From: Candidatus Bathyarchaeota archaeon
Lineage (GTDB): Archaea > Thermoproteota > Bathyarchaeia > Bathyarchaeales > Bathycorpusculaceae
NCBI GenBank assembly: GCA_963811105.1
Contig: CAWEPZ010000011.1
Span: 704,001 to 768,000, forward strand
Direction: 5' to 3'
DNA length: 64,000 bases
The notes beneath the pieces were generated by a model. The model was not told the DNA's origin and searched no databases. It saw nothing but the letters and a program-made list of their open reading frames with translations. This document shows positions 1 through 10,854 of this stretch, piece after piece; positions within the stretch are counted from its first letter, which is position 1, and each line of letters begins with the position of its first letter. Both the position numbers and the translations under genes were made by a program.

Positions 1-69
1 GCTGATTTTGTTTCCATGTGAAAGCATGCCTTTTGCAGTGAGGGCTCTCTGCTTTGCTTTTGCCGCCAT
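1..69 (-). CDS. rpl14: 50S ribosomal protein uL14, N-terminus only (runs off window edge)
   Basis: ATG at 69 gives MAAKAKQRALTAKGMLSHGNKIS directly after the uS17 stop. uL14 is the conserved next gene in this operon; the call is mainly positional. Confidence 0.75.
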   Translation of the reverse strand, partial: MAAKAKQRALTAKGMLSHGNKIS

Positions 70-70
70 T

Positions 71-391
71 CTACTTTTCCTCTCCCAGTTTTTCTACAAC
101 AACGAAAGAAACTGTCTTACTTATGGGTCTGCACTCTGCGATTCGAACGCGGTCTCCCTCTTTAACATCAATGCAGGGCGTATTGTGAGAAGCAATGTGA
201 CCATGTCTTCGTTCATATCTTTGAAATTTTGAGGAAAACTGCAAGAATTCTCTGTCAACTATGACAGTCTTATCCATTTTCGCGGTTTGAACTGTACCGT
301 CAAGTACACGACCTCTAATTGCTAGGATTCCATGGAATGGGCAGTTTCTGTCTTCGCATGTTTTTTTAGGTTGCTTAAAAGTCATTGACAT
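71..391 (-). CDS. rps17: 30S ribosomal protein uS17
   Basis: CEDRNCPFHG...KMDKTVIV...YERR...GDRVRIAECRPISKTVSFVV. Start taken at ATG 391, overlapping the rnp1 stop (TAATG). Confidence 0.97.
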   Translation of the reverse strand: MSMTFKQPKKTCEDRNCPFHGILAIRGRVLDGTVQTAKMDKTVIVDREFLQFSSKFQRYERRHGHIASHNTPCIDVKEGDRVRIAECRPISKTVSFVVVEKLGEEK

Positions 392-672
392 TACCATAAC
401 CTCTTAATGCTTTTCTTAAGTCGGTCTTCTGATCTTCCGACCAAAAGTTTGCCGTCAATATCTACAGTGGTCCCGTCATCAAATGTAAAGTTGAAGACGG
501 AAAATTCCTTAATTATACTCTTAGTGTGACCTTCATTTAGAAGTGTGAAGGTGTTTCTTGTTTCACCTATAACTTTGCCAGCTAAACCTATATAGTCTTC
601 ATGGAGACTTTTGGTAATTTTAGCGTTTCTTCCAATAAACTCATCACGGATAATTTCTGGAGTTACTTTCAT
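391..672 (-). CDS. rnp1: Ribonuclease P protein component 1 (Rpp29/Pop4)
   Basis: EFIG...GKVIGETRNT...DGKLLVGRSEDRLKK motif; conserved position between uL29 and uS17. Confidence 0.93.
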   Translation of the reverse strand: MKVTPEIIRDEFIGRNAKITKSLHEDYIGLAGKVIGETRNTFTLLNEGHTKSIIKEFSVFNFTFDDGTTVDIDGKLLVGRSEDRLKKSIKRLW

Positions 673-977
673 TTGGAAGCGGTCTCCTCACTTTCTTTCT
701 TAGCAGCGGGCTTCTTAGCTGGTGCTTTTTCTTTCTTCTTTGGTTTCTCTTCTGACTCTTGTGATGGCTGTCTTATGCCCAATTTCTTTTCATTTTCTAC
801 TGTTAATATTTGAGCGATTGTTTTGCGCAGTTCCCGTCCTCTTGTAGGGTTTTCAACAGCTCCCCCAGCATTAATCATTGTTTTTATACGAGACAATTCA
901 ACGCGTAAATCAGCAAGTTTTTTTGCACGATCATCTGAGGACATTGCTTGGATATCTTTGATACGCATTATAGCCAT
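669..977 (-). CDS. rpl29: 50S ribosomal protein uL29 with Lys/Glu/Ala-rich tail
   Basis: MAIMRIKDIQAMS...GGAVENPTRGRELRKTIAQILT; operon position. Confidence 0.95.
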   Translation of the reverse strand: MAIMRIKDIQAMSSDDRAKKLADLRVELSRIKTMINAGGAVENPTRGRELRKTIAQILTVENEKKLGIRQPSQESEEKPKKKEKAPAKKPAAKKESEETASK

Positions 978-1724
978 CTATTGTTTTGCCTCCCCTTCTT
1001 TAGGCTGTTCGTCTGGCACCTCTGTCGCTTGCACATCGGGCTTTGGTCCTGCCGCTTCTTCTGCTTGAGGTGGCGCTTGGGTGACAGTTTTGGCTTCTGT
1101 TGGGATTGTTAATTTCTCTTCCAGTGGAGCAGCTGGGGAGATCTTGATTCTATCTGGGAAATATGCATCCGGCGGCATGATTTTTACTCTTACGCCGATA
1201 ATGCCCGGTTTTAATTGGACATGAGCTTCAGCTTTCTTCATAGCGACAAGTGCTGGTTCTCCACATCTAGGGAAGTAGCCAGCTTTGAACTTTTCAAAAC
1301 GTGCTCGTTCAGTAGTGAGTTTCCCACTAATAACTATTTCAGCGCCAAGTGCGCCTGCTTCCATAACTTGGTTTAGCGCCCAAAAACCTGCACGTCTGAA
1401 GTGAACACCTCGTTGAAGCGCTGAGGCAACTCGGGAGGCTACAACGTAAGCGTTGAATTCTGGGACTTCAATTTCTGAAACTGAAATTTGAGGATTAGAA
1501 ACTTTAAAATTTTGTTCTAACGCTGATGCAAGCTCTTTTATTGTTTCTCCGCCTCTGCCAATGACTAAGCCAGGACGCATCGCGTAAATAACAACATGAG
1601 TTCCAAGCGGGGTTTTTGAGATGTTTACTCCGCCGTACCCAGCTCGGTCAAGTTTCTTTTGTAAAAACTCATCAATTTCTGTTCTTTTAATAGATTCAGT
1701 TATAAAACGTTTAACTATACTCAT
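978..1724 (-). CDS. rps3: 30S ribosomal protein uS3
   Basis: KH domain RPGLVIGRGG, GAEIVISGKL, GIIGVRVKIMPP. Confidence 0.98.
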   Translation of the reverse strand: MSIVKRFITESIKRTEIDEFLQKKLDRAGYGGVNISKTPLGTHVVIYAMRPGLVIGRGGETIKELASALEQNFKVSNPQISVSEIEVPEFNAYVVASRVASALQRGVHFRRAGFWALNQVMEAGALGAEIVISGKLTTERARFEKFKAGYFPRCGEPALVAMKKAEAHVQLKPGIIGVRVKIMPPDAYFPDRIKISPAAPLEEKLTIPTEAKTVTQAPPQAEEAAGPKPDVQATEVPDEQPKEGEAKQ

Positions 1725-2210
1725 TTATTGCTCTCCTTGGGTCGGTTTCTCATCGAGAACTATTTCAACATGTGTTGTTGTGTCAAATTTAGGTGAGGCT
1801 CTTCCATGTGCTCTTGGAGCAAAACGCTTAAGCTTAATACCTTGATAAGCGGCTGCGTGGACAATACGCAAACGGTCAACATCTAAACCTTTATTTTCAG
1901 CGTTAGACTGCGCTGAACGCAAAACGTCAAGGATTTCTTCGGATGCCTTAACTGGGTATCGTCCACAAAAAGAATTTACAAGTCCATGACGATGAGGAAG
2001 TTTCTTGTTATATCTATTGTAAGGAATAGCCTTCTTTTTGGCCATAACATCTCGCAAATACTCTTTTGCTTCGTTTAGCATCCTGCCTTTGATAGCTTTG
2101 CATATTTCTCTTGCAGCTTTGTGGGATACTTTGAGTTCTCTTCCGCTTGCTTTCGCTGTTTTTTCTGGATTAAGCATTTCTTCAATTATCGAGTATCCCC
2201 ATTTTGGCAT
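1725..2210 (-). CDS. rpl22: 50S ribosomal protein uL22
   Basis: MPKWGYS...VSHKAAREICKAIKG...GRYPVKAS...PRAHGRASP...HVEIVL; ATG at 2210 preferred. Confidence 0.97.
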   Translation of the reverse strand: MPKWGYSIIEEMLNPEKTAKASGRELKVSHKAAREICKAIKGRMLNEAKEYLRDVMAKKKAIPYNRYNKKLPHRHGLVNSFCGRYPVKASEEILDVLRSAQSNAENKGLDVDRLRIVHAAAYQGIKLKRFAPRAHGRASPKFDTTTHVEIVLDEKPTQGEQ

Positions 2211-2721
2211 TTTTATATCTCCAGTGCGCAATCAAACACGTAAAAGCAATTTATATGGCTTTCCGTATCACAACTAAGATTTTGCTAAACTTGCTAGTTA
2301 AGGTTCCTGCGAAGGAACAATTCGAACGCGTGAGGTGTATAGTTTTTGGATTACGTTTAGGCTTTTATAGTTTTTCCAAAGAAATCCGACTAAGGCAAAA
2401 TTTTTGTGAAATTCCATGGACTTAATTACTCTGGAGGGACAAGCAAAATCTATATAGCTTCAGCATCAACCTCCAATATTGTCGCTGACTAAATCTGATT
2501 TTTCGGGGTCTTTGCCTGACAAATAGGGCTCATCTTAGCTAGCGGGGAAACAAATTCAGGTAATATCAACTTAGCGTCAATCCATGCAAATATCATCCGG
2601 TTTGAGATTAACTTGGTTTTTGTCGCTGATAGCATCCAAAGCTAAACATACGTTTGGTGCGATTTGTTTATTTTTCACTTCTTAAGTATGCTTAACATAG
2701 TTAATCAAGGAATAGAATTCC

Positions 2722-3789
2722 ATGTCAAACAAAAACGAGAAAATTACGATGCTTCATGGTGCAGGCGGCACTGTAATGCACAACTTGGTTAAGAACTACA
2801 TAGTAAAATATTTCGGTGGTATAGGAAACGCCGCTGAAGTGCCCTTGGAAGCCATGGATGACGCAGCAGTCATTGGTGATCTAGTTTTCAAGAGCGACTC
2901 GCATGCGGTTAAGCCGATCTTTTTCCCAGGCGGCGACATCGGACGCTTATCCATTTCAGGCACAGTAAACGATATTGCAGCTATGGGTGCGATGCCTTAT
3001 GCGTTAGCTTGCGGATTTATTTTGGAAGAAGGCTTGCTCATCTCTGATTTGGAGAGGATTTTGAAAAGCATGCGCGAAACCTGCGTTGAAGCAGGCGTTG
3101 GCATAGTAACAGGAGACACAAAAGTCGTTGAGAAGGGAAGTCTAGGTGGATTGGTCATGAATGTTTCAGGCATAGGCAAAAGAACAGAAGCCTTAGAGCA
3201 TGATCTTGCAGTGGCACGCAAATACAGAACAGTGGCTGCCCGCTGGACATTAGATTCCAACCTTGCCCTAGGAGACAAAATCATCTTGACAGGCACAATA
3301 GGCGACCACGGCTTAGCAGTACTTTCCGCTCAGCAGGGCTTGACGTTTGGGAGCGAAATAAAATCTGATGTAAGACCATTAAATCTCATGACACAACGAT
3401 TGTTTGCACAAATAGGGGGAGTTATTTCATTAAAAGATCCTACTCGTGGCGGCTTAGCGGATGCACTTAACGAGTGGACAGAAAAATCCAAAGTTGGAAT
3501 ATTAATCCAGGAGGAAAAAGTGCCGATTAGGCAAGATGTCCAGACTGCCTGTGACATGCTGGGAATAGACCCTTTGGAAGTTGGTAATGAGGGAAAATAT
3601 ATTATTGGAGTCGTTGCTGAGAAGGCTCAGGACGTTTTAGAATTTCTAAAACAAACTCAAGAAGGTAAAAATGCGCAAATAATCGGAGAAGTTACCACAG
3701 AGTTCAAAGGAGTTGCCATGCAGACGTTGGTTGGCGGCAAAAGAATAATTGCGAGGCCAATAGGCGACCCAGTTCCACGAATCTGCTGA
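2722..3789 (+). CDS. hypE: Hydrogenase maturation carbamoyl dehydratase HypE
   Basis: ITMLHGAGG, FFPGGDIG, TGDTKVVE, DPTRGGLA and the diagnostic C-terminal PRIC. Confidence 0.97.
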   Translation: MSNKNEKITMLHGAGGTVMHNLVKNYIVKYFGGIGNAAEVPLEAMDDAAVIGDLVFKSDSHAVKPIFFPGGDIGRLSISGTVNDIAAMGAMPYALACGFILEEGLLISDLERILKSMRETCVEAGVGIVTGDTKVVEKGSLGGLVMNVSGIGKRTEALEHDLAVARKYRTVAARWTLDSNLALGDKIILTGTIGDHGLAVLSAQQGLTFGSEIKSDVRPLNLMTQRLFAQIGGVISLKDPTRGGLADALNEWTEKSKVGILIQEEKVPIRQDVQTACDMLGIDPLEVGNEGKYIIGVVAEKAQDVLEFLKQTQEGKNAQIIGEVTTEFKGVAMQTLVGGKRIIARPIGDPVPRIC

Positions 3790-3941
3790 CGAGCATGGGA
3801 AATCCATCGCTTATTGGCAAATCTTATAAGAACAGATTCATGAGATAGGTTTCAATTTGAACCGTGTGGTGACTCAAGGCGTTTTGTAATTTAGACTATC
3901 TTCGGCGAAGATTTACGTTTGATAAATGGCAGCTTCTATTT

Positions 3942-5477
3942 TTGCTACTCATAGTCATTTGCGGTTCAGTGCTGCTTTTTAATTTAGCGTATATGAACAT
4001 TCTTTGGGATGAAACTCCCCATCTCCTCGGCGGATTATTCTTATCTCAAGGAAGATTAAGTGACTATCTGGCCTTAACCCGCTATCCACCCTTGTTAGAT
4101 GTAATTATGGCTGGATTCTTCAAAGTCTTCGGCGCAAGTGTATTCGCAGGGAGACTTGTTTCAGTTACTTTTGGGCTTCTTACCTTAGTCGTTGTGTTTA
4201 AACTCGCCTCTCGCGCCTATGGGAGAAGAGTCGCATTTGTTTCTTGTCTAATTATGGCTACAATGTCTGGGTTTCTTTGGCTTTCCCGTGTGACGCTTTT
4301 GGAGATGGCGCTTGAGTTTTTCTTTGTCACTGCAATAATGCTGTTTGTGGATTGGTGGTACACGGGCAAGGATAGGACCATACTTCTCAGCGGCGTTGCA
4401 TTAGGTTTAGTATTTTTAACTAAATATCAAGGTTTAGTAGCTGGTTTAGTCATTCTCGCCAGCCTGCCATTCATGCTCTATCGTAGTGAAAATAAGCCAA
4501 AGACTTCTCGGTTTTGGCTTCTAATTGCGGCTACAGTCTTCATTATTGTTCCAGTTATTGCCTTCACGTATTTTTCAGGATCATTGGGTCAATGGCTACA
4601 CTTTCTTTGGGGTAGCGATGCCTCAACAAATGTGTATAGTTCACGGTTTCCGCAGCCAATTTTCTATTTAATTGAAATAACTCAGCCCTTGGACTTTGTT
4701 CACCCAATTTCAATTCTAGTCCTTATTCTTGGTTTGCTTGGACTTGCCTTTTTTTCCTGGCGCAGAAAAACAATGGATAAGTTGTTTCTGGTTTGGTTCG
4801 TTTTAATTTACGTTTTTTTCACATTGATTGGGACAAAAAGTTGGCGGTACATTATGCCTTTGGCGCCTGTAATTGCCATTTCAGCGGCGAGCTTTGTCAT
4901 GTTTCTTTATGGAAAACTAGAGATTTCATGGAAATCTGTTCGCTTAAGCATGGATAAGAAGCTGATTGCTAAAATCTGTGCTGGATTACTCATAAGCTTT
5001 ACTGCTGTTGCCCTTGTTTCCAGTACGGTAGATGCGTATAACTGGATTGCCAAAGATGCATTTTACACATTTCCGCTGCCTCAAGCGATCCATTTCGTAG
5101 CAGCTGGATTAATGGACAATGAGTCAGTTATGGTTGTTTGCGCCAATAATGTTCTAAGTTTAGATATTGCCACCTTTTACCTGCAAGCGTATGAATCAAA
5201 AACTAATGCGGCATATCAGTACCCGATGCTGCCTGTTGATGCATCCACAACAAACTTCAACATCACCGAATTCGTCAATCTTTGCCTACAAAGAGGCGTG
5301 AAATTCCTTCTTTTCTATGAGAACAGGGATATACCTTATTTCAATTCGACACAGACTGTGCAAACGGTTAAGGATATGATTACAGAAAGCGGCATGTTTA
5401 ACGCACCGACGACCTTTGGAGCTGAGCCGCGAAGATTGTGGGTGTTTGAAGTAAATGCAACTGTTTTGCAAACGTAG
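3942..5477 (+). CDS. Multi-pass GT-C glycosyltransferase (PMT/ArnT-like)
   Basis: WDE motif, YPPL, many TM helices, KSWRYIMPLAP. The start codon is uncertain. Confidence 0.8.
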   Translation: MLLIVICGSVLLFNLAYMNILWDETPHLLGGLFLSQGRLSDYLALTRYPPLLDVIMAGFFKVFGASVFAGRLVSVTFGLLTLVVVFKLASRAYGRRVAFVSCLIMATMSGFLWLSRVTLLEMALEFFFVTAIMLFVDWWYTGKDRTILLSGVALGLVFLTKYQGLVAGLVILASLPFMLYRSENKPKTSRFWLLIAATVFIIVPVIAFTYFSGSLGQWLHFLWGSDASTNVYSSRFPQPIFYLIEITQPLDFVHPISILVLILGLLGLAFFSWRRKTMDKLFLVWFVLIYVFFTLIGTKSWRYIMPLAPVIAISAASFVMFLYGKLEISWKSVRLSMDKKLIAKICAGLLISFTAVALVSSTVDAYNWIAKDAFYTFPLPQAIHFVAAGLMDNESVMVVCANNVLSLDIATFYLQAYESKTNAAYQYPMLPVDASTTNFNITEFVNLCLQRGVKFLLFYENRDIPYFNSTQTVQTVKDMITESGMFNAPTTFGAEPRRLWVFEVNATVLQT

Positions 5478-5485
5478 GCAAATTT

Positions 5486-6574
5486 TTACGCTTCCACAGT
5501 TACGTTTTTTGCCCAAACCCTGCAAGTGCCTTCACTGCTAACCATGCATGCACCAACAGGTTTTTCAGGAGTACAAGCTTTCAAAAACATTGGGCATTCA
5601 TTAGGCTTGATTTTTCCGATAATTACAAGGTGGCATTCACAACCAAGCAGGATGTCTTTGCCCTGCTCAACATGAACACCGAACTTCAATCTAGCGTCAT
5701 AATCTGCAAGCGACTCACGCAACTGCAACGCTGAGTCTGGAAGCCTGCCGATACCACGCCAGTTACCGCTTGTAATGCTAAAAGCTTTATTCATCATGTC
5801 CAGCGCACGAGGGTTGCCTTCAGGCTTAACTACACGAGGATACTCATTCTCTAATAGAGCAGTGCCTTCGCTTTGCTGCTTCACGATCATATAAATAGAC
5901 ATCAACACATCAATGGGTTCAAACCCAGCCACAACGGTTGGCATCCTATAAACTCGCGGAAACAACTCATAAGGCTTCAAGCCGATTATCGCGCTTACAT
6001 GCCCAGGCGCTATGAAACCGTCAATCTGCAAGTCACCAACGCCGAGCAAAAGCTCCATTGCTGGAGGAATCAAACGGTGAGAAACAAGAAAACTGAGGTT
6101 TCCAGGTGGGTTCGCAAGTGCTTCAACCGCTGTTGAGGGGGCGGTGGTTTCGAAACCGACAGCGAAAAATGCAAACTGCTTGTCGGGTTCGTGTTTAGCC
6201 ATTTCAACCGCGTCAGATGTCGCGTAAACGATTCTGACGTCAGCGCCAGCTGCCTTAGCTTCTAGAAGCGACATTTGGCTGCCTGGCACACGTAACACAT
6301 CGCCGAAACACGTTACCACTATGCCTTTTTGTGCTAACTGAACCGCTTCATCAATTTCAGCTGCAGGTACAATGCATACGGGGCATCCTGGACCAGCTAT
6401 AACTTCAACGTTCTCAGGTAAAAGGCTACGCAATCCAAAATGCGTTATTGTCCACTCGTGCGTTCCGCAAACATGGCAGATTTTAGTTTTTCCAGCTTTA
6501 GGCGCCAAGTTTTTGATTTTTGAGGCGATGGTGTGTGCTAATTGTGGGTTTCGGAATTTTAGGTTTTCAGCCAA
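5486..6574 (-). CDS. hypD: Hydrogenase maturation protein HypD
   Basis: CGTHE, GPGCPVC, GFETTAP, PGHVS, GACMVSSEGTC. Confidence 0.98.
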   Translation of the reverse strand: MAENLKFRNPQLAHTIASKIKNLAPKAGKTKICHVCGTHEWTITHFGLRSLLPENVEVIAGPGCPVCIVPAAEIDEAVQLAQKGIVVTCFGDVLRVPGSQMSLLEAKAAGADVRIVYATSDAVEMAKHEPDKQFAFFAVGFETTAPSTAVEALANPPGNLSFLVSHRLIPPAMELLLGVGDLQIDGFIAPGHVSAIIGLKPYELFPRVYRMPTVVAGFEPIDVLMSIYMIVKQQSEGTALLENEYPRVVKPEGNPRALDMMNKAFSITSGNWRGIGRLPDSALQLRESLADYDARLKFGVHVEQGKDILLGCECHLVIIGKIKPNECPMFLKACTPEKPVGACMVSSEGTCRVWAKNVTVEA

Positions 6575-6595
6575 GCCAATTACCTTAATCGTTGT

Positions 6596-6820
6596 TTATT
6601 CTTGGCCTGCTGCAAGAATCTCGTTCCATAAGCTTATGGTTTCTTCTGCTTCTTTTTCTTCAATAATTTGGATCGCGTAACCGGCGTGAACAAGAACGTA
6701 TTCTCCGACTTTTGCTTCAACAAGCGAAACGTTAACTTCCCGAAGGACGCCTTGGCCAAAATCCACATTGGCTTTTTCGCCGTTAATCTTCATTATTTTG
6801 GCGGGAATTGCTAAACACAT
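6596..6820 (-). CDS. hypC: Hydrogenase assembly chaperone HypC
   Basis: MCLAIPA N-terminus, VGEYVLVHAGYAI. Confidence 0.98.
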   Translation of the reverse strand: MCLAIPAKIMKINGEKANVDFGQGVLREVNVSLVEAKVGEYVLVHAGYAIQIIEEKEAEETISLWNEILAAGQE

Positions 6821-6870
6821 ACTTTATCAGTTATTAAGGACGCATTAAACGGCGATAAAAAGAAATTGGT

Positions 6871-9153
6871 CTAAAACCGTGAAAAACCACCTACAACTGC
6901 CTGACCAAAAGAAATTCCTCCATCACCCGCGGGAACAGCCTCATGAACCAAAAACCTCAATCCAGCAGACTCAACCGCCTTAAGCATGACATCTGCAAGA
7001 ATTCGGTTGCATGCGGCACCTCCTGAAAAACCAACAGATTTCACGCCAAGCGACAAAGCTTTTTCAACTGCCAGAGCAGCTAAGCCTTTTGCTAAGTAAG
7101 CATGAGCAGAATAAGCTAAATCGGCGTTAGATAATTTTTGTTCGTTTTCAAAAATTAACTTTAACATAAATGTGGTATCCAAAGTATCTCCGTGGAAAAC
7201 TGGTTTAAGATTCAAAATATCCTTGCCACCCAAAGCGGCTGATTCGAGTTTCATAGCTGGTTCACCCTCGTAGCTACGCTCGTAACACACGCCTAAAACA
7301 GCTGCTACCGCATCTAAAACTCTGCCGCAACTCGTCGTTTCAACTAAGCCGATACCTTTCTTTAATTGGGCAAGGATTAGGTTGGCTTCAGTTACTCCAA
7401 AAGGTAAATGCTTACTATTTTGTAATAACCAAGGCTCAACCTTTAAGCCAGCTTTTGTAAGTATTCCAGCGGCAACTCGCAAAGGATACCGAGTAGCCAC
7501 ATCACCCCCAAGTAGAGGCTGAGGCTCCAAATGACCAAGACGCTTGAAGTCGGCTGATTCACGAGTACAAAACAGGATTTCGCCGCCCCAGGCTTCTCCA
7601 TCCTTTCCATAACCATAGCCATCGCAGACAACAGTGACAGATTCTTCCAAGTCGTGTTCAGCCATCAAAGCGGCTGCATGCGCATGGTGATGTTGCACCT
7701 GAATGAACAGTAAACCGTCTTCTTCAGCCATTTCTTTAGCCAAAGCGGTTGTGATGAACTTCGGATGTAAGTCACATACCACGGTTTCAGCATGGCAGTT
7801 AGTCAAGCTATAGAGGTGGTTTGTGGCTTCTTGCAGAAACGATCGGGTTTCCACATTTTCCACATCGCCGATGTGTTGACTTATAAAGGCTTTATCATCC
7901 ATAAGTACACAGGCTGTATTGTTGAGTTCGCCCCCTAAACCAACGACGCACCGTTTTGATCTAGCCTTTAGCCTAATTGGGGCTGGAGCGTAGCCTCTAC
8001 TTCTCCTAAGAAATACTTGACGATTTTCGTGGACGCGCATAACTGAGTCGTCGCATCGGTGGGCGATTTTGCGGTTATGAAACAAAAAATAATCCACTGT
8101 GCCGCCTAATGTTTTGAGGGCTTCGTCGTTATCTTTCACTATTGGCTGATTGGGGGGATTGGCACTAGTCATCACAAGTGCTAAGTCATCAACTTGGTCA
8201 AAAAGCATGTAATGCAAACCAGTATAAGGCAACATAACGCCGACATTATGCAGGTTCGGCGCAATTAGAGGTGAAAGATTGTAGCTTTGGTTTTTGTTGA
8301 CTAAGACTATTGGGCGTGCAGGTGAAGATAGCAGTTGCTGTTCCTTCGAATCTACTTCGGCGAAGCTTTTGATGGCGTCTATGCTTTTTGCCATTATGGC
8401 AAAAGGTTTTTCGCGTCGATGCTTCGTTTTTCGAAGCGCCAACAGAGGCTTTTCTCGCATTGTTGAGGCTGCAATATGGAAACCGCCGTATCCTTTTATT
8501 GCAAGCAAGTTACCTTCTGAGAGCAGCTTTCCCGCTTCACGCACAGGGTCGGCAGTTGGCATTGCCTCGCCAGTTCGAGATGTTAAGTATGCTTTTGGTC
8601 CGCACGGCGGGCAAGCTATGGTTTGTGCATGAAAACGCCTGTTTGCCGGGTTACTATATTCCTTTTGGCAGAAACCGCAGAGTGGAAACTCTCGCATAGT
8701 GGTATTTTCGCGGTCGTAGGGCAAGCGTTCGATGATTGTGAAGCGGGGCCCGCAGTTGGTACAGGTGATGAAGAAATATTCGTAACGTGGGTCCTTTGGG
8801 TCCCGAAGCTCTGCCAGGCATTCGTTGCAGATGGATATGTCGGGAGGTATTATTGAGCCCGACTGCTCCGCTTCATTTGAACTTTTGCAGATAGTGAATC
8901 TATCAAATTGGCTATCGCCTGTAAGCTCAACTGATTTAACAGCGTCAATCTGGGCAAGGGGAGGCTTTTTCTTGATCAGGTCATTCATGAAATTTCTTAC
9001 GCTTTGCGCTTTTCCTTCTAGAAGAATTTCCACTCCTGCATCACCCCTATTGCGAACATAACCTGCCAGCCTGTTCTTTACTGCGATACGGTAAATGAAT
9101 GGTCGAAAACCAACACCTTGAACGATGCCTGTAACGTTTATTTTAACGCGCAA
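6871..9153 (-). CDS. hypF: Carbamoyltransferase HypF
   Basis: Acylphosphatase domain GIVQGVGFRPF, zinc fingers CTNCGPR and CPPCGP, QHHHAH, GDGGISFGQ. Confidence 0.98.
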   Translation of the reverse strand: MRVKINVTGIVQGVGFRPFIYRIAVKNRLAGYVRNRGDAGVEILLEGKAQSVRNFMNDLIKKKPPLAQIDAVKSVELTGDSQFDRFTICKSSNEAEQSGSIIPPDISICNECLAELRDPKDPRYEYFFITCTNCGPRFTIIERLPYDRENTTMREFPLCGFCQKEYSNPANRRFHAQTIACPPCGPKAYLTSRTGEAMPTADPVREAGKLLSEGNLLAIKGYGGFHIAASTMREKPLLALRKTKHRREKPFAIMAKSIDAIKSFAEVDSKEQQLLSSPARPIVLVNKNQSYNLSPLIAPNLHNVGVMLPYTGLHYMLFDQVDDLALVMTSANPPNQPIVKDNDEALKTLGGTVDYFLFHNRKIAHRCDDSVMRVHENRQVFLRRSRGYAPAPIRLKARSKRCVVGLGGELNNTACVLMDDKAFISQHIGDVENVETRSFLQEATNHLYSLTNCHAETVVCDLHPKFITTALAKEMAEEDGLLFIQVQHHHAHAAALMAEHDLEESVTVVCDGYGYGKDGEAWGGEILFCTRESADFKRLGHLEPQPLLGGDVATRYPLRVAAGILTKAGLKVEPWLLQNSKHLPFGVTEANLILAQLKKGIGLVETTSCGRVLDAVAAVLGVCYERSYEGEPAMKLESAALGGKDILNLKPVFHGDTLDTTFMLKLIFENEQKLSNADLAYSAHAYLAKGLAALAVEKALSLGVKSVGFSGGAACNRILADVMLKAVESAGLRFLVHEAVPAGDGGISFGQAVVGGFSRF

Positions 9154-9240
9154 AGATAGGACCTTGATAATTCAAGAACGAGAGTTTTCTCTTATATATT
9201 TCGAAACAGGCGTAAATCGCTAGCATATTTAGGATGACTC

Positions 9241-10854
9241 CTACTTAAGCAACCGCCTTAAAACTTTGCCTGCTGAACTAATGGGCAACTCTTTTCTGAT
9301 CTCGACCTCGCGAATTGCTTTGTAAGGTGCCACTTTGTTGTTAACGAAAGACATTATTTCTTCCACTGATGTAGCCGCGCCTTCTTTCAGAACTAAGAAA
9401 GCTTTCGGAACCTCAATTGCAGTAGGGTCTGATTTGCCAACAACTGCACATAGCTTCACAGCTGGATGCTCATATAGAATGTCTTCCAGTTCACGTGGGT
9501 AGACGCTGTAATCTTTGTATTTTATTAGGTCTTTTTTGCGGTCAGTAATGTAGAAATATCCATCCTTGTCCATGTATGCGATGTCGCCTGTGAGAAGCCA
9601 CAAATTACGCAGTACCGATGCGGTTTCGTCAGTCTTATGCCAATACCCCTTCATGACTTGGGGTCCCTTCACAGCCAACTCGCCCGTTTCACCTTGCTTA
9701 AGCGATTTTTCGCCTGTTTCCAAATCAACTATCTTTGCATCGGTGTCTGGCAGCGGCAAACCGATTGAACCTACCTTCACCGTTCGCATCGTTCTATCAA
9801 CAGGGCTACAGTGAGTCACTGGCGACGCCTCAGTTAACCCATAGCCTTCAGCCAACAATCCGCCCGTGATCTGCATGAAGTGGTTTTGGATTTGAGGCGG
9901 CAACGATGAAGCCCCAGAAATGCAGACGCTAATTGATGTTAAGTCGTATTTGCTAAGTTCTGAGCTAGCTAACAGAGCCTGATACATAGTTGGGACACCG
10001 CAGAAAACTGTTACTTTATGGCGTTGGATGGCGCTTAAAGCTTTGGCGGGTTCGAATTTTGGCAGTAGAACCATTTTGGCCGCTAAACTGATGGGCACAG
10101 TCATGCTGGTTGTCATGCCGTAAATGTGAAACAGCGGCAGTGCAGTTAGGAAGGTTTCTTTCGCCACGGTGCCTTTTATCCAGAAGGCGAAAGCCAAAGC
10201 GTTTGAAACCAAGTTGCTATGAGTTAACATGGCACCTTTTGCCGTTCCAGTCGTGCCGCCTGTGTATTGCAAGACGGCCAAATCTTCATGGGGATTAATT
10301 CTGATTTTAATGGGAGTTTCAGATGCTTTTTTAATTAGTTACCTCAAGCGCCAAACATTTGGTTTGCTTGGGATAGCAGTAACAGTTGTTTCATCTAAGC
10401 TTGTAACTATAACGTTTTTGAGTTTGGTTTTAACCCAAACATTATCAACTATTGGATAAAGTGAGTCCAATGCCACAATGGTCTCAGATTCTGAGTCACA
10501 TAGTTGGTATTCAACTTCACGCTCTCGATAAAGCGGACTTATCGCTGTTACAACCGCGGCTGCCTTTAGAGTTCCAAAATAGGCGATTATATACTGGGGA
10601 ATGTTAGGCAAAAAGAGAGCGACTCTGTCACCCTTCTTAACTCCTAATTTAACAAGGGCGTTTGCGAATCGATCTGAGAGCAATTCTAATTGGTGATAAC
10701 TAAGTTCATTTTCGCAATATGTGAGGGCAATCTTCTCGGGAAAGTTTTTGGCGCTTTTCTCAAGCAGTTTTTGGAGAGGAACCTGCGGGTACTCTATGTG
10801 TTTTGGCACTTCGGAGGGCCATTGCTTGAACCATGGCTTATCGTTTATCGTCAA
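9241..10854 (-). pseudogene. Long-chain fatty-acid--CoA ligase interrupted by one in-frame TAA (10339-10341)
   Basis: ORFs 10339-10854 and 9241-10281 share a frame: NVWRLR*LIKKASETPIKIRINPHEDLAVLQYTGGTTG. AMP-binding motifs YTGGTTG, EGYGLTE, TGDI and SSAGKVLR are intact. Confidence 0.85.

Noticed and set aside
2300-2700. Intergenic region between rpl22 and hypE as an ncRNA or gene
   Set aside because: No convincing structure or intact ORF could be supported by eye.
2722-9153. hyp cluster interrupted by a glycosyltransferase as a novel system
   Set aside because: These are standard maturation genes, and nothing in the sequence links the glycosyltransferase to them functionally.
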